Assembly: GCA_964540825.1 (NCBI GenBank)
Contig: CAZINT010000003.1
Span: forward strand, 83,250-147,249
Origin: an uncultured Gammaproteobacteria bacterium
GTDB taxonomy: Bacteria; Patescibacteriota; Patescibacteriia; Magasanikbacterales; GWA2-37-8
Length of the DNA: 64,000 bases
Direction of reading: 5' to 3'
The notes under the pieces are model-generated. The model saw only the letters and a list, made by a program, of their open reading frames with translations. It was not told the DNA's origin and did no database searches. Made by a program: the position numbers and the translations under genes. Each line of letters opens with the position of its first letter. Position 1 is the stretch's first letter. Positions 18,270-28,120 of the stretch are shown piece by piece.

Positions 18270-18431
18270 ACGGCAAACACAAAAAATCGAACTTTAGTCC
18301 TGATATTTTGAAGACGTAATAAAACGATTTTAAAGTTAGACTTGAGATCGATGACCGAAGAACTCGCTGATTCGTTAATCAGCAATTCCTCAAATTTCTA
18401 AATACGTTTGGAGATTTTGAGAAATTTTACT

Positions 18432-18461
18432 AAAAAGACTCTGCTCGCTGCAGCGTCTTTT
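18432..18461. terminator. bidirectional intrinsic terminator between the convergent genes 17262(+) and 18462(-)
   Basis: aaaaaGACtCTGCtcgctGCAGcGTCtttttt, with an A-run and a T-run on either side. Confidence 0.5.
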
Positions 18462-21056
18462 TTATTCCAGGCTTAACGCACACATCTTCGCCGTTGTTGT
18501 TTTAGAAACAATTCCTGTCCCCCGTTTCAGCCCCCAAGGCTTTAAAATTTCCGCCGCATATTTTTCTTGAAAACGAATAACAGCCCGCTTAGTGGCCACT
18601 CCAAAATACCCGGTGACCAGACCTTCCGGATATATACCAGCCTGTTTTTTCAAAAAAGTTTGCAATTTTGTTATACCACTATTACTTTCCCCGGGCCGCA
18701 GTGTCGCGCTAAATCCGCAGGCAGTAATTATTGGCAAAGGTCTACTCTTTTTTTCCGGCAACGCAGGCACGGGTTGCACCGAAAGATTTTTAACCACAGC
18801 CAACGGAAGTGCTGAATTTACGGGAACAACCGTAGCAGTACCGCCGCTCGCATAATTTCCTCCCCCGCCCCTTGCTGCAGACTCTCCAAACAATCCAAAC
18901 GTGGAAAAATCGGTTGTCGTACAGTTGATAGTTTTGGCAGTAGCGTCTATCGTGCAATTTTCTAAGGCTGACCAGGCATCATCATGATAATGATAGATCC
19001 AGAGCGACGATTCGCTCAGCCCCTCAATATCGCTGTTTGCATAATGAAAAGTGATCTGCACCGGAAGATCAAAAGTATCGACCGTGGTTTCAGCGTTCGC
19101 CAGCGCCTTGAGATCAAACACGCGACTGCCCGCACTTCGCAGCGCAAAGCCGGGCCTCCCTAAATTTTCGAGGACTGTCGTACTGGGGAGAGCCTTAATC
19201 TGGAATATCACTTCAGCATGGCCTGCAGCAAAATGAGCGGGAGCAGAAAGCGCCAGCGTCGCGCTTCCGTCTGTCAGGCTCGCGCTACTCCTGGTCGAAA
19301 TGTCTGCACGCGTACTCGTCGCCGCAGTAATGCTTGCCCCACCGCCACAGCCGGTCGTCGTAAATGTTCCCGGAGTCGAGGTCGCATAATTAACCAAAGC
19401 ATCAGCCGAAATAATTTTATAATTGTATTCCGTACACGGCACAAGACGCGTCAGCATAACCGTATGAGTGCGCGTCACTCCCCCGCCCGTATCAGTTACA
19501 GGTGTAGTTGAGGTGTAGGAAGTATCAAGCGAATATACCACTTGTGAAGAAGCCGCTTCATCAGTAACCCAGTTTACCACCGAAGTACTGCCGCTGGGCG
19601 CTGCATACACCCCGGTAATACTTGGCCCCGTTGTATCAATTAGCGTGCGTGCCGTGCCCGGACTCGATTGATTACCGTTCGCATCGAGCGCAAAAATAGC
19701 ATAGTCATAATTCCCGTCCGGAAGCCCCATATCGACGTAGGTATTGAGGCTTGCGCTCATGGTGGTCGAAACCGTTACAAAGGGTCCATCATTATAACTG
19801 CGCTTGAGGGTGAAGGACTCTGTTGTAGCCGGAACATCCCAGGTCAACACGGCACTCGAACCGCTCCGTTCGGCTGCAAGGATAGGGGCGCTGGGGGGAG
19901 TAGCATCAATTGATACCGTCGAGGTAACCCCCGGGCTGTAATACCCATCGGAAGTTTGATTAAAAAGAGTGTAGTAATAGGTTCCGTCGTCTAAACCAGC
20001 ATCCACAAAGGGGGTAGTAACGAGCGATGAAGTTACCGCGCTGCCGTCAGTTGGACTGGCAGGATACGTAGTCATACTGCGCCGAATAGTGACCCCGCGA
20101 TAGTCGCTATCACCAACCCCGCTTGTCCAGCTAAAAACAGCACTGTTCCCGCTGGGAGCAACCGACACATCGGACAGGGCATTAATCGGAAAAAAAGTAC
20201 TTACGACGCCCGATGTGGTGATCGTAGTAATTCTGCCGGTGGTAGTATTAAAATCCATGCCAGAGAGGTCACCTGACCCAATACTCTGGGTCCACAGTAC
20301 CGAACCATTTCCCGCTGAAACTTTTACGAGAACACCCGAGCCGTCGGCAAAATAGATCGCACTGGAGTCTCCTGACGCAGCCAGGCCTTTACTGCTCATG
20401 TAACTACTGAGCGCCGAGGAGAGCACTACATCAGTAGCCCCAAGATCATAGCGGCGCAAAGATCGCGTAGTTGTAAAATAGACAAGCCTTCCCATCCCGT
20501 CAAAGGTAATGCGTGCAGCTGCTGTTGCAAGTGTGGTAGTGGGAGCGCGGTTAGCTAAATCCGTATCATAGGAAATAAGTGACACGCCCTTATTAAAATA
20601 CAATCGGCCATCAATGCCCAAAGCTATATCACCTGTTCCGGCGGCTATGCCGTGAGTTGCGATAAGATTCGCCGTGGTATCACCAACCGCATATTTATAG
20701 GCCGGACCATTGGCCCCGGCTGAGACCAAAATATATACATTCCCTTGTGACACAACAAAGTCAGCAAAAGCAGGAGTGATTATAGGTGTACTGAATACTG
20801 AATTCGAACTTGTTGATCCATCGGCCGAAATTACCGACATCGTCGTGGTACTGGTGCCAAGTACGTATATTTTCCCACTGCTCGGATCAACCCTAACCTG
20901 ACGAGGAACGCCAATAACACTTATATCAGCGGCAGCACTGAGAATGGAATTAAGCACGGGTGTTGCGCGCGCGGGACGAACGGAAACAAAAAAAGCGCTC
21001 ACAATCGCCAGCACGATTACGTATATAATTTTTGCACTTTTTTGAGCACGATACAT
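18462..21056 (-). CDS. large secreted surface protein with repetitive beta-rich region, Fn3-like repeats and a C-terminal peptidoglycan-binding (PG_binding_1-like) domain
   Basis: Signal peptide MYRAQKSAKIIYVIVLAIVSAFFVSVRPARA, S/T-rich repeats, Fn3-like segments, and C-terminal LQTFLKKQAGIYPEGLVTGYFGVATKRAVIRFQEKY. The ORF-track start at 21089 is a TTG; the ATG at 21054-21056 has TATACT 7 nt upstream. Confidence 0.75.
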   Translation of the reverse strand: MYRAQKSAKIIYVIVLAIVSAFFVSVRPARATPVLNSILSAAADISVIGVPRQVRVDPSSGKIYVLGTSTTTMSVISADGSTSSNSVFSTPIITPAFADFVVSQGNVYILVSAGANGPAYKYAVGDTTANLIATHGIAAGTGDIALGIDGRLYFNKGVSLISYDTDLANRAPTTTLATAAARITFDGMGRLVYFTTTRSLRRYDLGATDVVLSSALSSYMSSKGLAASGDSSAIYFADGSGVLVKVSAGNGSVLWTQSIGSGDLSGMDFNTTTGRITTITTSGVVSTFFPINALSDVSVAPSGNSAVFSWTSGVGDSDYRGVTIRRSMTTYPASPTDGSAVTSSLVTTPFVDAGLDDGTYYYTLFNQTSDGYYSPGVTSTVSIDATPPSAPILAAERSGSSAVLTWDVPATTESFTLKRSYNDGPFVTVSTTMSASLNTYVDMGLPDGNYDYAIFALDANGNQSSPGTARTLIDTTGPSITGVYAAPSGSTSVVNWVTDEAASSQVVYSLDTSYTSTTPVTDTGGGVTRTHTVMLTRLVPCTEYNYKIISADALVNYATSTPGTFTTTGCGGGASITAATSTRADISTRSSASLTDGSATLALSAPAHFAAGHAEVIFQIKALPSTTVLENLGRPGFALRSAGSRVFDLKALANAETTVDTFDLPVQITFHYANSDIEGLSESSLWIYHYHDDAWSALENCTIDATAKTINCTTTDFSTFGLFGESAARGGGGNYASGGTATVVPVNSALPLAVVKNLSVQPVPALPEKKSRPLPIITACGFSATLRPGESNSGITKLQTFLKKQAGIYPEGLVTGYFGVATKRAVIRFQEKYAAEILKPWGLKRGTGIVSKTTTAKMCALSLE

Positions 21057-21191
21057 GGCTATAGTATAGCATATTTTAGAACTGCCCAAATTAAAACAAA
21101 AAATTTATTGCGCTACTAGCATCCGATAATTGCACAATCATAAGGCGTAGTGTATCCTACTGCTTAAGCAATCTATTTGTAGCACATTTCT

Positions 21192-21509
21192 ATGAATCTA
21201 AAACTTTTCAAAACCGCAGCGATTAATGCCACAGTAACTGCAGCCTATATTGTTCTTGTTGCCTCAGCTCTTTTTTACGCTGAAAACATGAACATTAAGG
21301 AACCGAGCGTGCTCATCCCTATTTTCATGCTCATGCTTCTAGTATTCTCTGCGACGCTCACCGGCTCGCTCATGCTTGGGAAACCAATCCTATGGTATAT
21401 AGACGGAAAAAAGAAAGAAGCGCTCTCGCTGCTCAGTTACACTGTCAGCATCTTCTTTGGCATAATGCTTATTGCCCTTTGCATCATGCTGCTTGTTGGC
21501 ACACGTTAA
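21192..21509 (+). CDS. hypothetical membrane protein
   Basis: 105 aa with three hydrophobic helices. Confidence 0.4.
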   Translation: MNLKLFKTAAINATVTAAYIVLVASALFYAENMNIKEPSVLIPIFMLMLLVFSATLTGSLMLGKPILWYIDGKKKEALSLLSYTVSIFFGIMLIALCIMLLVGTR

Positions 21510-21535
21510 TACAGTAACTCATCAAACTCGAATTT

Positions 21536-21766
21536 ATGAAAAAATTTACCTGCCAAGAAATAATGGATAACAAAGGCGGCTGCGCTAGGGAATTTACCGG
21601 CGACGATATGATGACGGTAGTCAGCGCCTGCGGCAAACATGTTGCCGAAACAAAGGATGAAGCACACAAACCAATGCACGAGATGATGGCAACCGCCAAA
21701 AAGGAAGATCAGGCAACGTGGTTTGCATGGTTTCAGAATGAATGGAACAAAAAAGCTGACGAATAG
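21536..21766 (+). CDS. small DUF1059-like protein
   Basis: MKKFTCQEIMDNKGGCAREFTGDD...H...H resembles the DUF1059 signature from memory. No SD. Confidence 0.4.
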   Translation: MKKFTCQEIMDNKGGCAREFTGDDMMTVVSACGKHVAETKDEAHKPMHEMMATAKKEDQATWFAWFQNEWNKKADE

Positions 21767-21926
21767 AATCGGGCCACTGCCCACTTGTTAGGCAAACCCC
21801 ACTGCCGCCAGTACTTAAAAACAGCTCCAGAGGCTGTTTTTTGCTTTAAACAATGAATCTGCCAATTTTTGCCAAACAAAATTCTCGTTCAAATGTGATT
21901 CAAATCAAGCGATTACAGCGTACTAC

Positions 21927-22556
21927 CTATTTTTCTACAATCTGGCACGAAGGCGGAAGCACTATTTTGCTTATTTTCTTAGCACACACTACCCCGATAC
22001 CTGAGCCGGCCAAGCCATACAAAAGATCGCGGACGGTGTCAGCATAAATATCCGCCCTATAAAAACCTTGCAAATGACTATTAAAAATAAGATCACATAC
22101 ATATTCCACGACTTCCCAGCCCACCGCGCACCCCACCACAACCCCAAAAGCAATTCCGAGCGCCGCGTATCGCTGACGCATAAATCTGATGCGTAGAATA
22201 GCGTAGACAATCGCCACACCTAAAAAAGGAACAAAAAAATGGAGTGCCTTATCATATCCAAAATGAGTTGTATACAATTTGTAAAGCCCTAAACTTCCGA
22301 GGGCGTCCCCCGCGACCGCAACCACCAACAAAAACTGCAGCAACTCCGTCGCCTGATTTTTATTAGCAGCATCAGGGGCATTCTCTGAAACCTTAAGACC
22401 CTGCGGTAAAAAATACACCACAGCTACCCATACCAAGATAGATACACCGGTAAAATGGGCATCTTGAATAAAAAGCACCCATGCCGGCGGCGCAATTAAA
22501 AGCGCCATGCCAACAGCTGCCAAAAAAATACTCACCAAAAGATTGAAACGTTTCAT
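21927..22556 (-). CDS. hypothetical polytopic membrane protein
   Basis: 209 aa with 5-6 hydrophobic helices. Confidence 0.5.
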   Translation of the reverse strand: MKRFNLLVSIFLAAVGMALLIAPPAWVLFIQDAHFTGVSILVWVAVVYFLPQGLKVSENAPDAANKNQATELLQFLLVVAVAGDALGSLGLYKLYTTHFGYDKALHFFVPFLGVAIVYAILRIRFMRQRYAALGIAFGVVVGCAVGWEVVEYVCDLIFNSHLQGFYRADIYADTVRDLLYGLAGSGIGVVCAKKISKIVLPPSCQIVEK

Positions 22557-22698
22557 ACTTTCTGTAATAAGCTAAACAGAGCATCACTCAGCAAACCATA
22601 CGCTTAATCATAGTACCTAAGTACCAAAAAATAGTAAACAAATTGTAAAAATAAATATTCCTGATATACTTACTTCACTTATTAATTAATCTCTATCT

Positions 22699-23244
22699 AT
22701 GCGAAAAACAGGCGCGCTCCTCGGCACACTCGCTCTTATACTTATGATGGGGGCAGGCTGCTCCGCCGGATCAGTCACCACCACTGATTCCAATACCACG
22801 TTGGCTCACTACGAAAATAAAACTAACAAATTTGAGCTCGACTACCCCAAAGATTGGGAAAAGAAAGAAGATGTCCCCGATACTGTTGCGGCCTTTGTTT
22901 CACCACAAAAGGTTCAGGATGACTTTGCAGAAAATATTACCGTAACCATTAAAAAAACTGACGCTGACGTACATGATTATGTCGCTTCTGCCGTACGTAA
23001 TGCCCCAAAATCATACGATGACTTTGTGCTTATCGACGACAAGCCAACGACGCTCGGCGGAGCCGAAGCTGAAATGATTACGTATACCTTTACCTACAAC
23101 AGCATCAAGCCCTACACACGAGAAGTATTTGCTGTAAAAAATGGAACCCTCTACGACGTAACCTTTACCGCCAGCCAAGACAGCCCCGAAGATAACTGGG
23201 ACGTTGCCCAAAAAATCTTGGCGTCCTTCAAAATAACTGAATAG
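22699..23244 (+). CDS. hypothetical lipoprotein
   Basis: Signal peptide with lipobox LMMGAGC; 181 aa. Confidence 0.55.
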   Translation: MRKTGALLGTLALILMMGAGCSAGSVTTTDSNTTLAHYENKTNKFELDYPKDWEKKEDVPDTVAAFVSPQKVQDDFAENITVTIKKTDADVHDYVASAVRNAPKSYDDFVLIDDKPTTLGGAEAEMITYTFTYNSIKPYTREVFAVKNGTLYDVTFTASQDSPEDNWDVAQKILASFKITE

Positions 23245-23332
23245 TCCTGGTAGCTTGCAGAACCTAAAAACTCCTCTTTATTCCCCGAGGGGTTTTATTT
23301 TTACCTAAATCTTTTACAAGAAAGTGTAGGCG

Positions 23333-23986
23333 CTAACGCTTCCTCAAGAGAACGAGCGGCGCAACGAGTATGAGAACAAAAAAACCAATACAGCCATAAT
23401 GCACTCGCTGCCAGCGAATAAGTATCGAAAAGGGATTCGTGGTGTTACGACTTTTTGGGAAAGCTCCAGCTTGCTGTTTTTGCTCAAGCAGCACTTCGCT
23501 TTGCGCGACCCGGCCAAGATCAGTATTCGCACGACTGTAATATATTTTTTTATCCGTGGTTATATAGATTCGTGCTGCATCGTACGAACTATAGGGCTTT
23601 CCGTACCAAGTAACATTTTCTACGCTATAGCTGACTGTTCGTGCAGTTGCTGTATCCAGTTTCACAAGCGGTAGCGACCAAGCATTCTCAAGCACCCATG
23701 TACCATTTTCCTCTATTTTAACGCTCGTAAATTCAAAAAAATAGGGAGCATACAAACTTGCCATGACTCCAAAAAGGCTTGCAAGAATGGCGGCATAATA
23801 CACTGTTTCCCGCCGTCCAAAACCAATGATTTTCGGGCGGAGCGCCAAGACAACAAAACCAACCGCGAGCAAGAAAAAAATACCTAAAAAAAGCGTAAAT
23901 ACAACCAGACCAAATCCTGCCCATCCATTATTGCTGATAATAATATTTTCAACCATAGAAAAATAATAATGAGAAAAGTATACCAT
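23333..23986 (-). CDS. hypothetical membrane protein
   Basis: 217 aa with N-terminal and C-terminal TM helices. Confidence 0.45.
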   Translation of the reverse strand: MVYFSHYYFSMVENIIISNNGWAGFGLVVFTLFLGIFFLLAVGFVVLALRPKIIGFGRRETVYYAAILASLFGVMASLYAPYFFEFTSVKIEENGTWVLENAWSLPLVKLDTATARTVSYSVENVTWYGKPYSSYDAARIYITTDKKIYYSRANTDLGRVAQSEVLLEQKQQAGAFPKSRNTTNPFSILIRWQRVHYGCIGFFVLILVAPLVLLRKR

Positions 23987-24046
23987 GCGAACCCTGCGGG
24001 AGCCAGAGCAAGATTCGGGTTTGCAGATGCAGCTATATAGTATATA

Positions 24047-24916
24047 GTGAATGCGCCTACTAACTTACCTATGCCCAACTACGAAATAATCGCCAAAGCT
24101 TTGCGCTTTATTAACGACAAACAACGCGACCAACCCAGCCTCGAAGCTATTGCCGCACATGTTGGTATAAGCCCCTTTCACCTGCAACGCAGCTTTACCG
24201 ACTGGGCCGGAGTAAGCCCTAAAAAATTTTTACAATACCTCAGCCTGGAACGTGCCAAAAGCATTCTTCAAAATCCAAACAATTCAGTCTACGATGCAGC
24301 CAACAAAACCGGACTCTCGGGAACTGGACGACTCCACGATCTGTTTGTAACTATTGAAGGCATGACCCCCGGCGAATACAAAAATGGCGGCAAAAATTTG
24401 ACTATCTATTACAGCTTAAATTCCTGTGCTTTTGGCAACTATCTTGCGGCTGCAACAGAACACGGAATTTGTACGCTCTTTTTTTATGACACCAGCAACC
24501 AGCAAGCAGAAAAAGATTTAGAAATACTCTGGCCTCAGGCGAAGCTCATTAAAAAGAAAATTCCTGTTCACACTCAAATTCAAAAATTTTTTGATCGCAC
24601 CCTTCAAAAAAATGAAAAAATAAAACTGCATCTGCAGGGCACCCCCTTCCAACTCAAAGTGTGGCAAGCTTTGCTGACGATTCCAGAAGGAAGTTTGTGT
24701 TCTTATGGCAGCCTTTCAAACAAAGTCGGCAAACCAGCCGCTCAGCGCGCGGTTGGCACCGCTGTTGGTGACAACCCGGTTGCCTTTCTTATCCCCTGCC
24801 ACCGAGTGATCAAAAGCACCGGCAGTATCGGCAACTACCGATGGCGGCCGGAACGTAAACGCGCCATGATCGGTTGGGAAGGTATGCAAACTGACACCGA
24901 GCAACAAACTTACTAG
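24047..24916 (+). CDS. AraC-type HTH fused to methylated-DNA--protein-cysteine S-methyltransferase (Ada-like, lacking the Ada N-terminal Zn domain)
   Basis: N-terminal AraC HTH region (GISPFHLQRSF...), C-terminal MGMT with active site PCHRV. Confidence 0.8.
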   Translation: MNAPTNLPMPNYEIIAKALRFINDKQRDQPSLEAIAAHVGISPFHLQRSFTDWAGVSPKKFLQYLSLERAKSILQNPNNSVYDAANKTGLSGTGRLHDLFVTIEGMTPGEYKNGGKNLTIYYSLNSCAFGNYLAAATEHGICTLFFYDTSNQQAEKDLEILWPQAKLIKKKIPVHTQIQKFFDRTLQKNEKIKLHLQGTPFQLKVWQALLTIPEGSLCSYGSLSNKVGKPAAQRAVGTAVGDNPVAFLIPCHRVIKSTGSIGNYRWRPERKRAMIGWEGMQTDTEQQTY

Positions 24917-25051
24917 CCCCTGTATTTTCAAGGTAAAAACAACTTCGCACACCAAACACCCGCCTCCCACTTGTATATTTTTAGATATCCTTATATACTA
25001 TGCCCATAATCATTAGTATTCACATACTATTTATTTTTAACCATATACTAT

Positions 25052-25333
25052 ATGGCCGGTATGACTAAGTCTGCCTTGCTCAGTGCATTGGCAGAAAAAA
25101 CAGAACTCAGTAAAAAACAAGTAGCGATGTTCTTCGACGAATTAACCGCTATGGCCTATAAAGAAGTTAAAAAGAATGGCGTTTTCGTTATGCCAGGCTT
25201 TGGTAAAATGGTTAAAATGAAACGCGCAGCCCGTACCGGCCGCAACCCAGCTACCGGCGAAGCGATCAAAATCGCCGCTAAAACTGTTGTTAAATTCCGC
25301 TTAGCCAAAGCTGCTAAGGACGCAGTTCTCTAA
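25052..25333 (+). CDS. hup: HU family DNA-binding protein, second paralog
   Basis: 93 aa; GFGKM and arm RTGRNPATG. Confidence 0.8.
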   Translation: MAGMTKSALLSALAEKTELSKKQVAMFFDELTAMAYKEVKKNGVFVMPGFGKMVKMKRAARTGRNPATGEAIKIAAKTVVKFRLAKAAKDAVL

Positions 25334-25354
25334 ACAAAAATCTTCTACGCAACA

Positions 25355-25388
25355 AAAACCTGCCTCAAAAGCAGGTTTTTTTGTTTTC
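25355..25388 (+). terminator. rho-independent terminator
   Basis: aaaaaCCTGCctcaaaaGCAGGttttttt. Confidence 0.6.
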
Positions 25389-25438
25389 AGCTCTTTTTAC
25401 CAAGCATCCTCAAATTTCTTTTAAAGAATAAAATACCA

Positions 25439-25467
25439 TTGACAGATCGGCCTTTTTATGCTTTGAT
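25439..25467 (+). promoter_or_regulatory. candidate sigma70 promoter TTGACA-17-TTTGAT (cassette F)
   Basis: The -35 coincides with the TTG 'start' of ORF-track entry 25439, so that start is probably spurious. Confidence 0.4.
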
Positions 25468-25543
25468 CATGTGTCTGCTTTGGCAAAGAAACCAAACAGA
25501 TACAAGCCTTCTCAACGCTACGAACGAAGTAGGTACAGCGTCA

Positions 25544-26608
25544 ATGTGTCAGTTACCGCTTCTTGAGTGCTATGGAAAATACCCAGGGCACCTCGTTGTG
25601 CCGCCAGAAACAAAATTTGGCTTTATCGGAGGAGATTGCTGGCGCCGCCTCTGCGCCACCCCTGTGTACAGCAGCATGCGTGATATGTCGCGGATGCACG
25701 AAGCAGCTAACGCGGTTGCCAGTGCAACCAACGGTGTCCCGCTCAGCATTCTGACCGTAGGCACCGGCGACGCACAACAGGAAGAGCGGTTCATCCGCTC
25801 GCTCGCCACCCGAAGCCCGATCGAGCGCATCTTGCCCCACGGCATCGATATGGCAGAAAAAATGCGCGGACTTGAACGGCTTCGCACAATTCCGGCACAG
25901 TTCACGCCGCTCGCGGTGGGAGGGAACTTCGACGACAACATCGTCCAGCGCTCGCCCTACGAAACGCCCTGGCATCCGCGCATCGAAGAAGCGTCGAATA
26001 ACCTGACCCTCAGCTTCGGCAACACCTTTGGCAACTTACGCCCCGCCAACCTTGCGCACGTGCTCGAGAAAATCCGGCTGGCCCAACAGGTGTACGCCTG
26101 GGACGAACCGAACAAACCCGGGCACCTCCTTATTGAGTGGACGGCACCCTACACGGGCGACCGTCGCCCTGGCATGACGCAGCTCGATCGGACCACAGAA
26201 ATCGGTGCTATCGAATACGAGTGGTACGAGCGGTCGGCCAGACACTTCTTCGGATTGAATAGCCATCATACAGTAAAGATCAGCTTCGAAACCTTCGGGC
26301 CTTACCCTGACGGCGGCTACGAAATTATCGGGCTGGCCAGCCCGATGGAACACCCTCAGCCGCACGAGAAAGTTATCGTGGCACACTTCCTGCGCTACAG
26401 CCCCGAAGCCATGGTGACAATGGCCCGACTCGCCGGTTTCGTTCCGGTCAACAACGCTCTTTTTCAGAACGGTCCGTCGACCATCATGATCTTTCAGACC
26501 GTTAACGCCGCCACTGCCGGGGACTCCAGCGATATCAAGTCGTCGCTGGGGCCCCGGGCCCCCATAAGCCGCCTTACCAAGCGTAAGGAATCTTCAGGGG
26601 CAGCCTAA
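25544..26608 (+). CDS. EgtD-like (Methyltransf_33-like) SAM-dependent methyltransferase, tentative (high-GC cassette F)
   Basis: ILTVGTGDA glycine motif and LSFGNTFGNLRP resemble the EgtD signature FLGSTIGNL. The start at 25544 is the first ATG downstream of the promoter and is uncertain. Confidence 0.45.
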   Translation: MCQLPLLECYGKYPGHLVVPPETKFGFIGGDCWRRLCATPVYSSMRDMSRMHEAANAVASATNGVPLSILTVGTGDAQQEERFIRSLATRSPIERILPHGIDMAEKMRGLERLRTIPAQFTPLAVGGNFDDNIVQRSPYETPWHPRIEEASNNLTLSFGNTFGNLRPANLAHVLEKIRLAQQVYAWDEPNKPGHLLIEWTAPYTGDRRPGMTQLDRTTEIGAIEYEWYERSARHFFGLNSHHTVKISFETFGPYPDGGYEIIGLASPMEHPQPHEKVIVAHFLRYSPEAMVTMARLAGFVPVNNALFQNGPSTIMIFQTVNAATAGDSSDIKSSLGPRAPISRLTKRKESSGAA

Positions 26609-26670
26609 ACGTTAATTTTCTACCTTGCATTTTTAAAGTAGATATGATTTTCTCCTGTAGGGAGGGATAC

Positions 26671-26934
26671 ATGCTCTATACACCACTTCGAATTGTGCTG
26701 GCCATCATCCTTGGCACAGCCGCCACGATCTACTACTTTTTCTGGGCTATCCGCAAGACCGATGGACCAGATGCCACGCTGACGCTGGCGTGGCTACGTC
26801 ACCAAAATTTTTCACTGCTCCTCGAACCCACGTGGTGGTGGCACAACTACGACTTTCTGCTTACCGCCCTCGCTATGGGCGCAACAGTAGCCATGCTCAT
26901 TCTTCGGGACCTTAACGTGGTTCCACCATCCTGA
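26671..26934 (+). CDS. small hypothetical membrane protein
   Basis: GGAGGG SD 4 nt upstream of ATG 26671; two TM helices. Confidence 0.45.
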   Translation: MLYTPLRIVLAIILGTAATIYYFFWAIRKTDGPDATLTLAWLRHQNFSLLLEPTWWWHNYDFLLTALAMGATVAMLILRDLNVVPPS

Positions 26935-27030
26935 ACAGCGCCGGCGTTACCCCTGAGGGTCGCCGGCGTCCTGCTTTGTACTATCAAAAAGATGTTGACA
27001 GATATATAAGAACATGCTAATATATTTATA

Positions 27031-27333
27031 TTGTATTCAAGCCCTATGACTGATCTCTGCGCAGAAATAAATCGATTTGGCAAAGGCATCGGTAACGCCA
27101 CTCGCTACCGAATTCTTGAAATACTTCTGGGTGGTCGTAAATCCGTCAATGAACTCGTGAAAATTACGGGGCTATCACAGCCGCTGGTATCGCAACATCT
27201 CAAGCAGCTCAAAAACTGCAACCTCGTTGTGGATGAACGTCGCGGCCAAGAAATCTGGTACGCTGTAAACGCCGAGTACACGCTCAAACTCCTCAAAAAA
27301 CTAGTCCACAATATTCAAAAAAATAAGAAATAA
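27031..27333 (+). CDS. ArsR/SmtB family transcriptional regulator
   Basis: RYRILEILLGGRKSVNELVKITGLSQPLVSQHLKQL winged HTH. Confidence 0.8.
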   Translation: MYSSPMTDLCAEINRFGKGIGNATRYRILEILLGGRKSVNELVKITGLSQPLVSQHLKQLKNCNLVVDERRGQEIWYAVNAEYTLKLLKKLVHNIQKNKK

Positions 27334-27353
27334 TTTATTAACACACAAAACCT

Positions 27354-27992
27354 ATGCACGCTGATGAAATTATTAAAGCCCTCAACTGGCGCTATGCCGT
27401 ACAAATTTTTGATCCCAGCAAAAAAGTAAGCGATCAGGATCTAACGACAATTCTTGAAAGCGGACGCTTGGCTCCAAGCATGCTTGGGCTTGAACCCTGG
27501 AAGTTTATTGTTGTCACTAACCCGGAAGTACGCGCCAAACTCAAGGAAGCAAGCTATGGACAACCTAAGGTAACCGACGCCAGCCACCTTATTGTTATCG
27601 CCTACCGCACTGACTACGCCGCAATCGGCCGTGATCGTGTTCAGAACGTCGCTGCTGTTCAGAATCAGTCCGTTGAATCACTGTCCGGACTCACCGGCAT
27701 GATTGAAGGGTCCATTGCCGCCCAAACACAAAGTGGCAACGTGGACAGCTGGATCCGGGCGCAAAGCTTCATTCCACTTGGAATGATGGTCGAAACCGCC
27801 GCGCTTCTTGGAGTTGATGGCGGTCCTATGGGCGGATTTAGTCCGCATGTGGTTGATGAAATTCTGGGACTTAAGGCTCAGAATTTACATGCTACCAGTA
27901 TGCTGGCTCTAGGCTACCGCGGCATTGACCCGGCGGCCGCCAGACCCAAAGTACGCCGCGCATTTGAAACGGTTGTCGAATATATTAAATAA
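27354..27992 (+). CDS. nitroreductase family protein
   Basis: Nitroreductase fold motifs (RYAVQIFDP, LAPSMLGLEPWKFIVV). Confidence 0.8.
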   Translation: MHADEIIKALNWRYAVQIFDPSKKVSDQDLTTILESGRLAPSMLGLEPWKFIVVTNPEVRAKLKEASYGQPKVTDASHLIVIAYRTDYAAIGRDRVQNVAAVQNQSVESLSGLTGMIEGSIAAQTQSGNVDSWIRAQSFIPLGMMVETAALLGVDGGPMGGFSPHVVDEILGLKAQNLHATSMLALGYRGIDPAAARPKVRRAFETVVEYIK

Positions 27993-27996
27993 TATA

Positions 27997-28030
27997 AAGG
28001 CCTTCTCGCTTGAGAAGGCCTTTTTTATTT
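27997..28030 (+). terminator. rho-independent terminator
   Basis: aaaGGCCTTCTCgcttGAGAAGGCCttttttattt. Confidence 0.6.
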
Positions 28031-28120
28031 CGAACCTGCCTTCGACCCCTACCGCTTGACAGACATTTGTAGTTAGTATATACTTGATATATCAACTATT
28101 AATCAAGTAAAGCTCCACGT

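Noticed and set aside
25439-25543. N-terminal 35 codons of ORF-track entry 25439..26608 (TTG start)
   Set aside because: The TTG is the first three bases of a TTGACA -35 box with a properly spaced -10. The region is more plausibly promoter and 5' UTR than coding.
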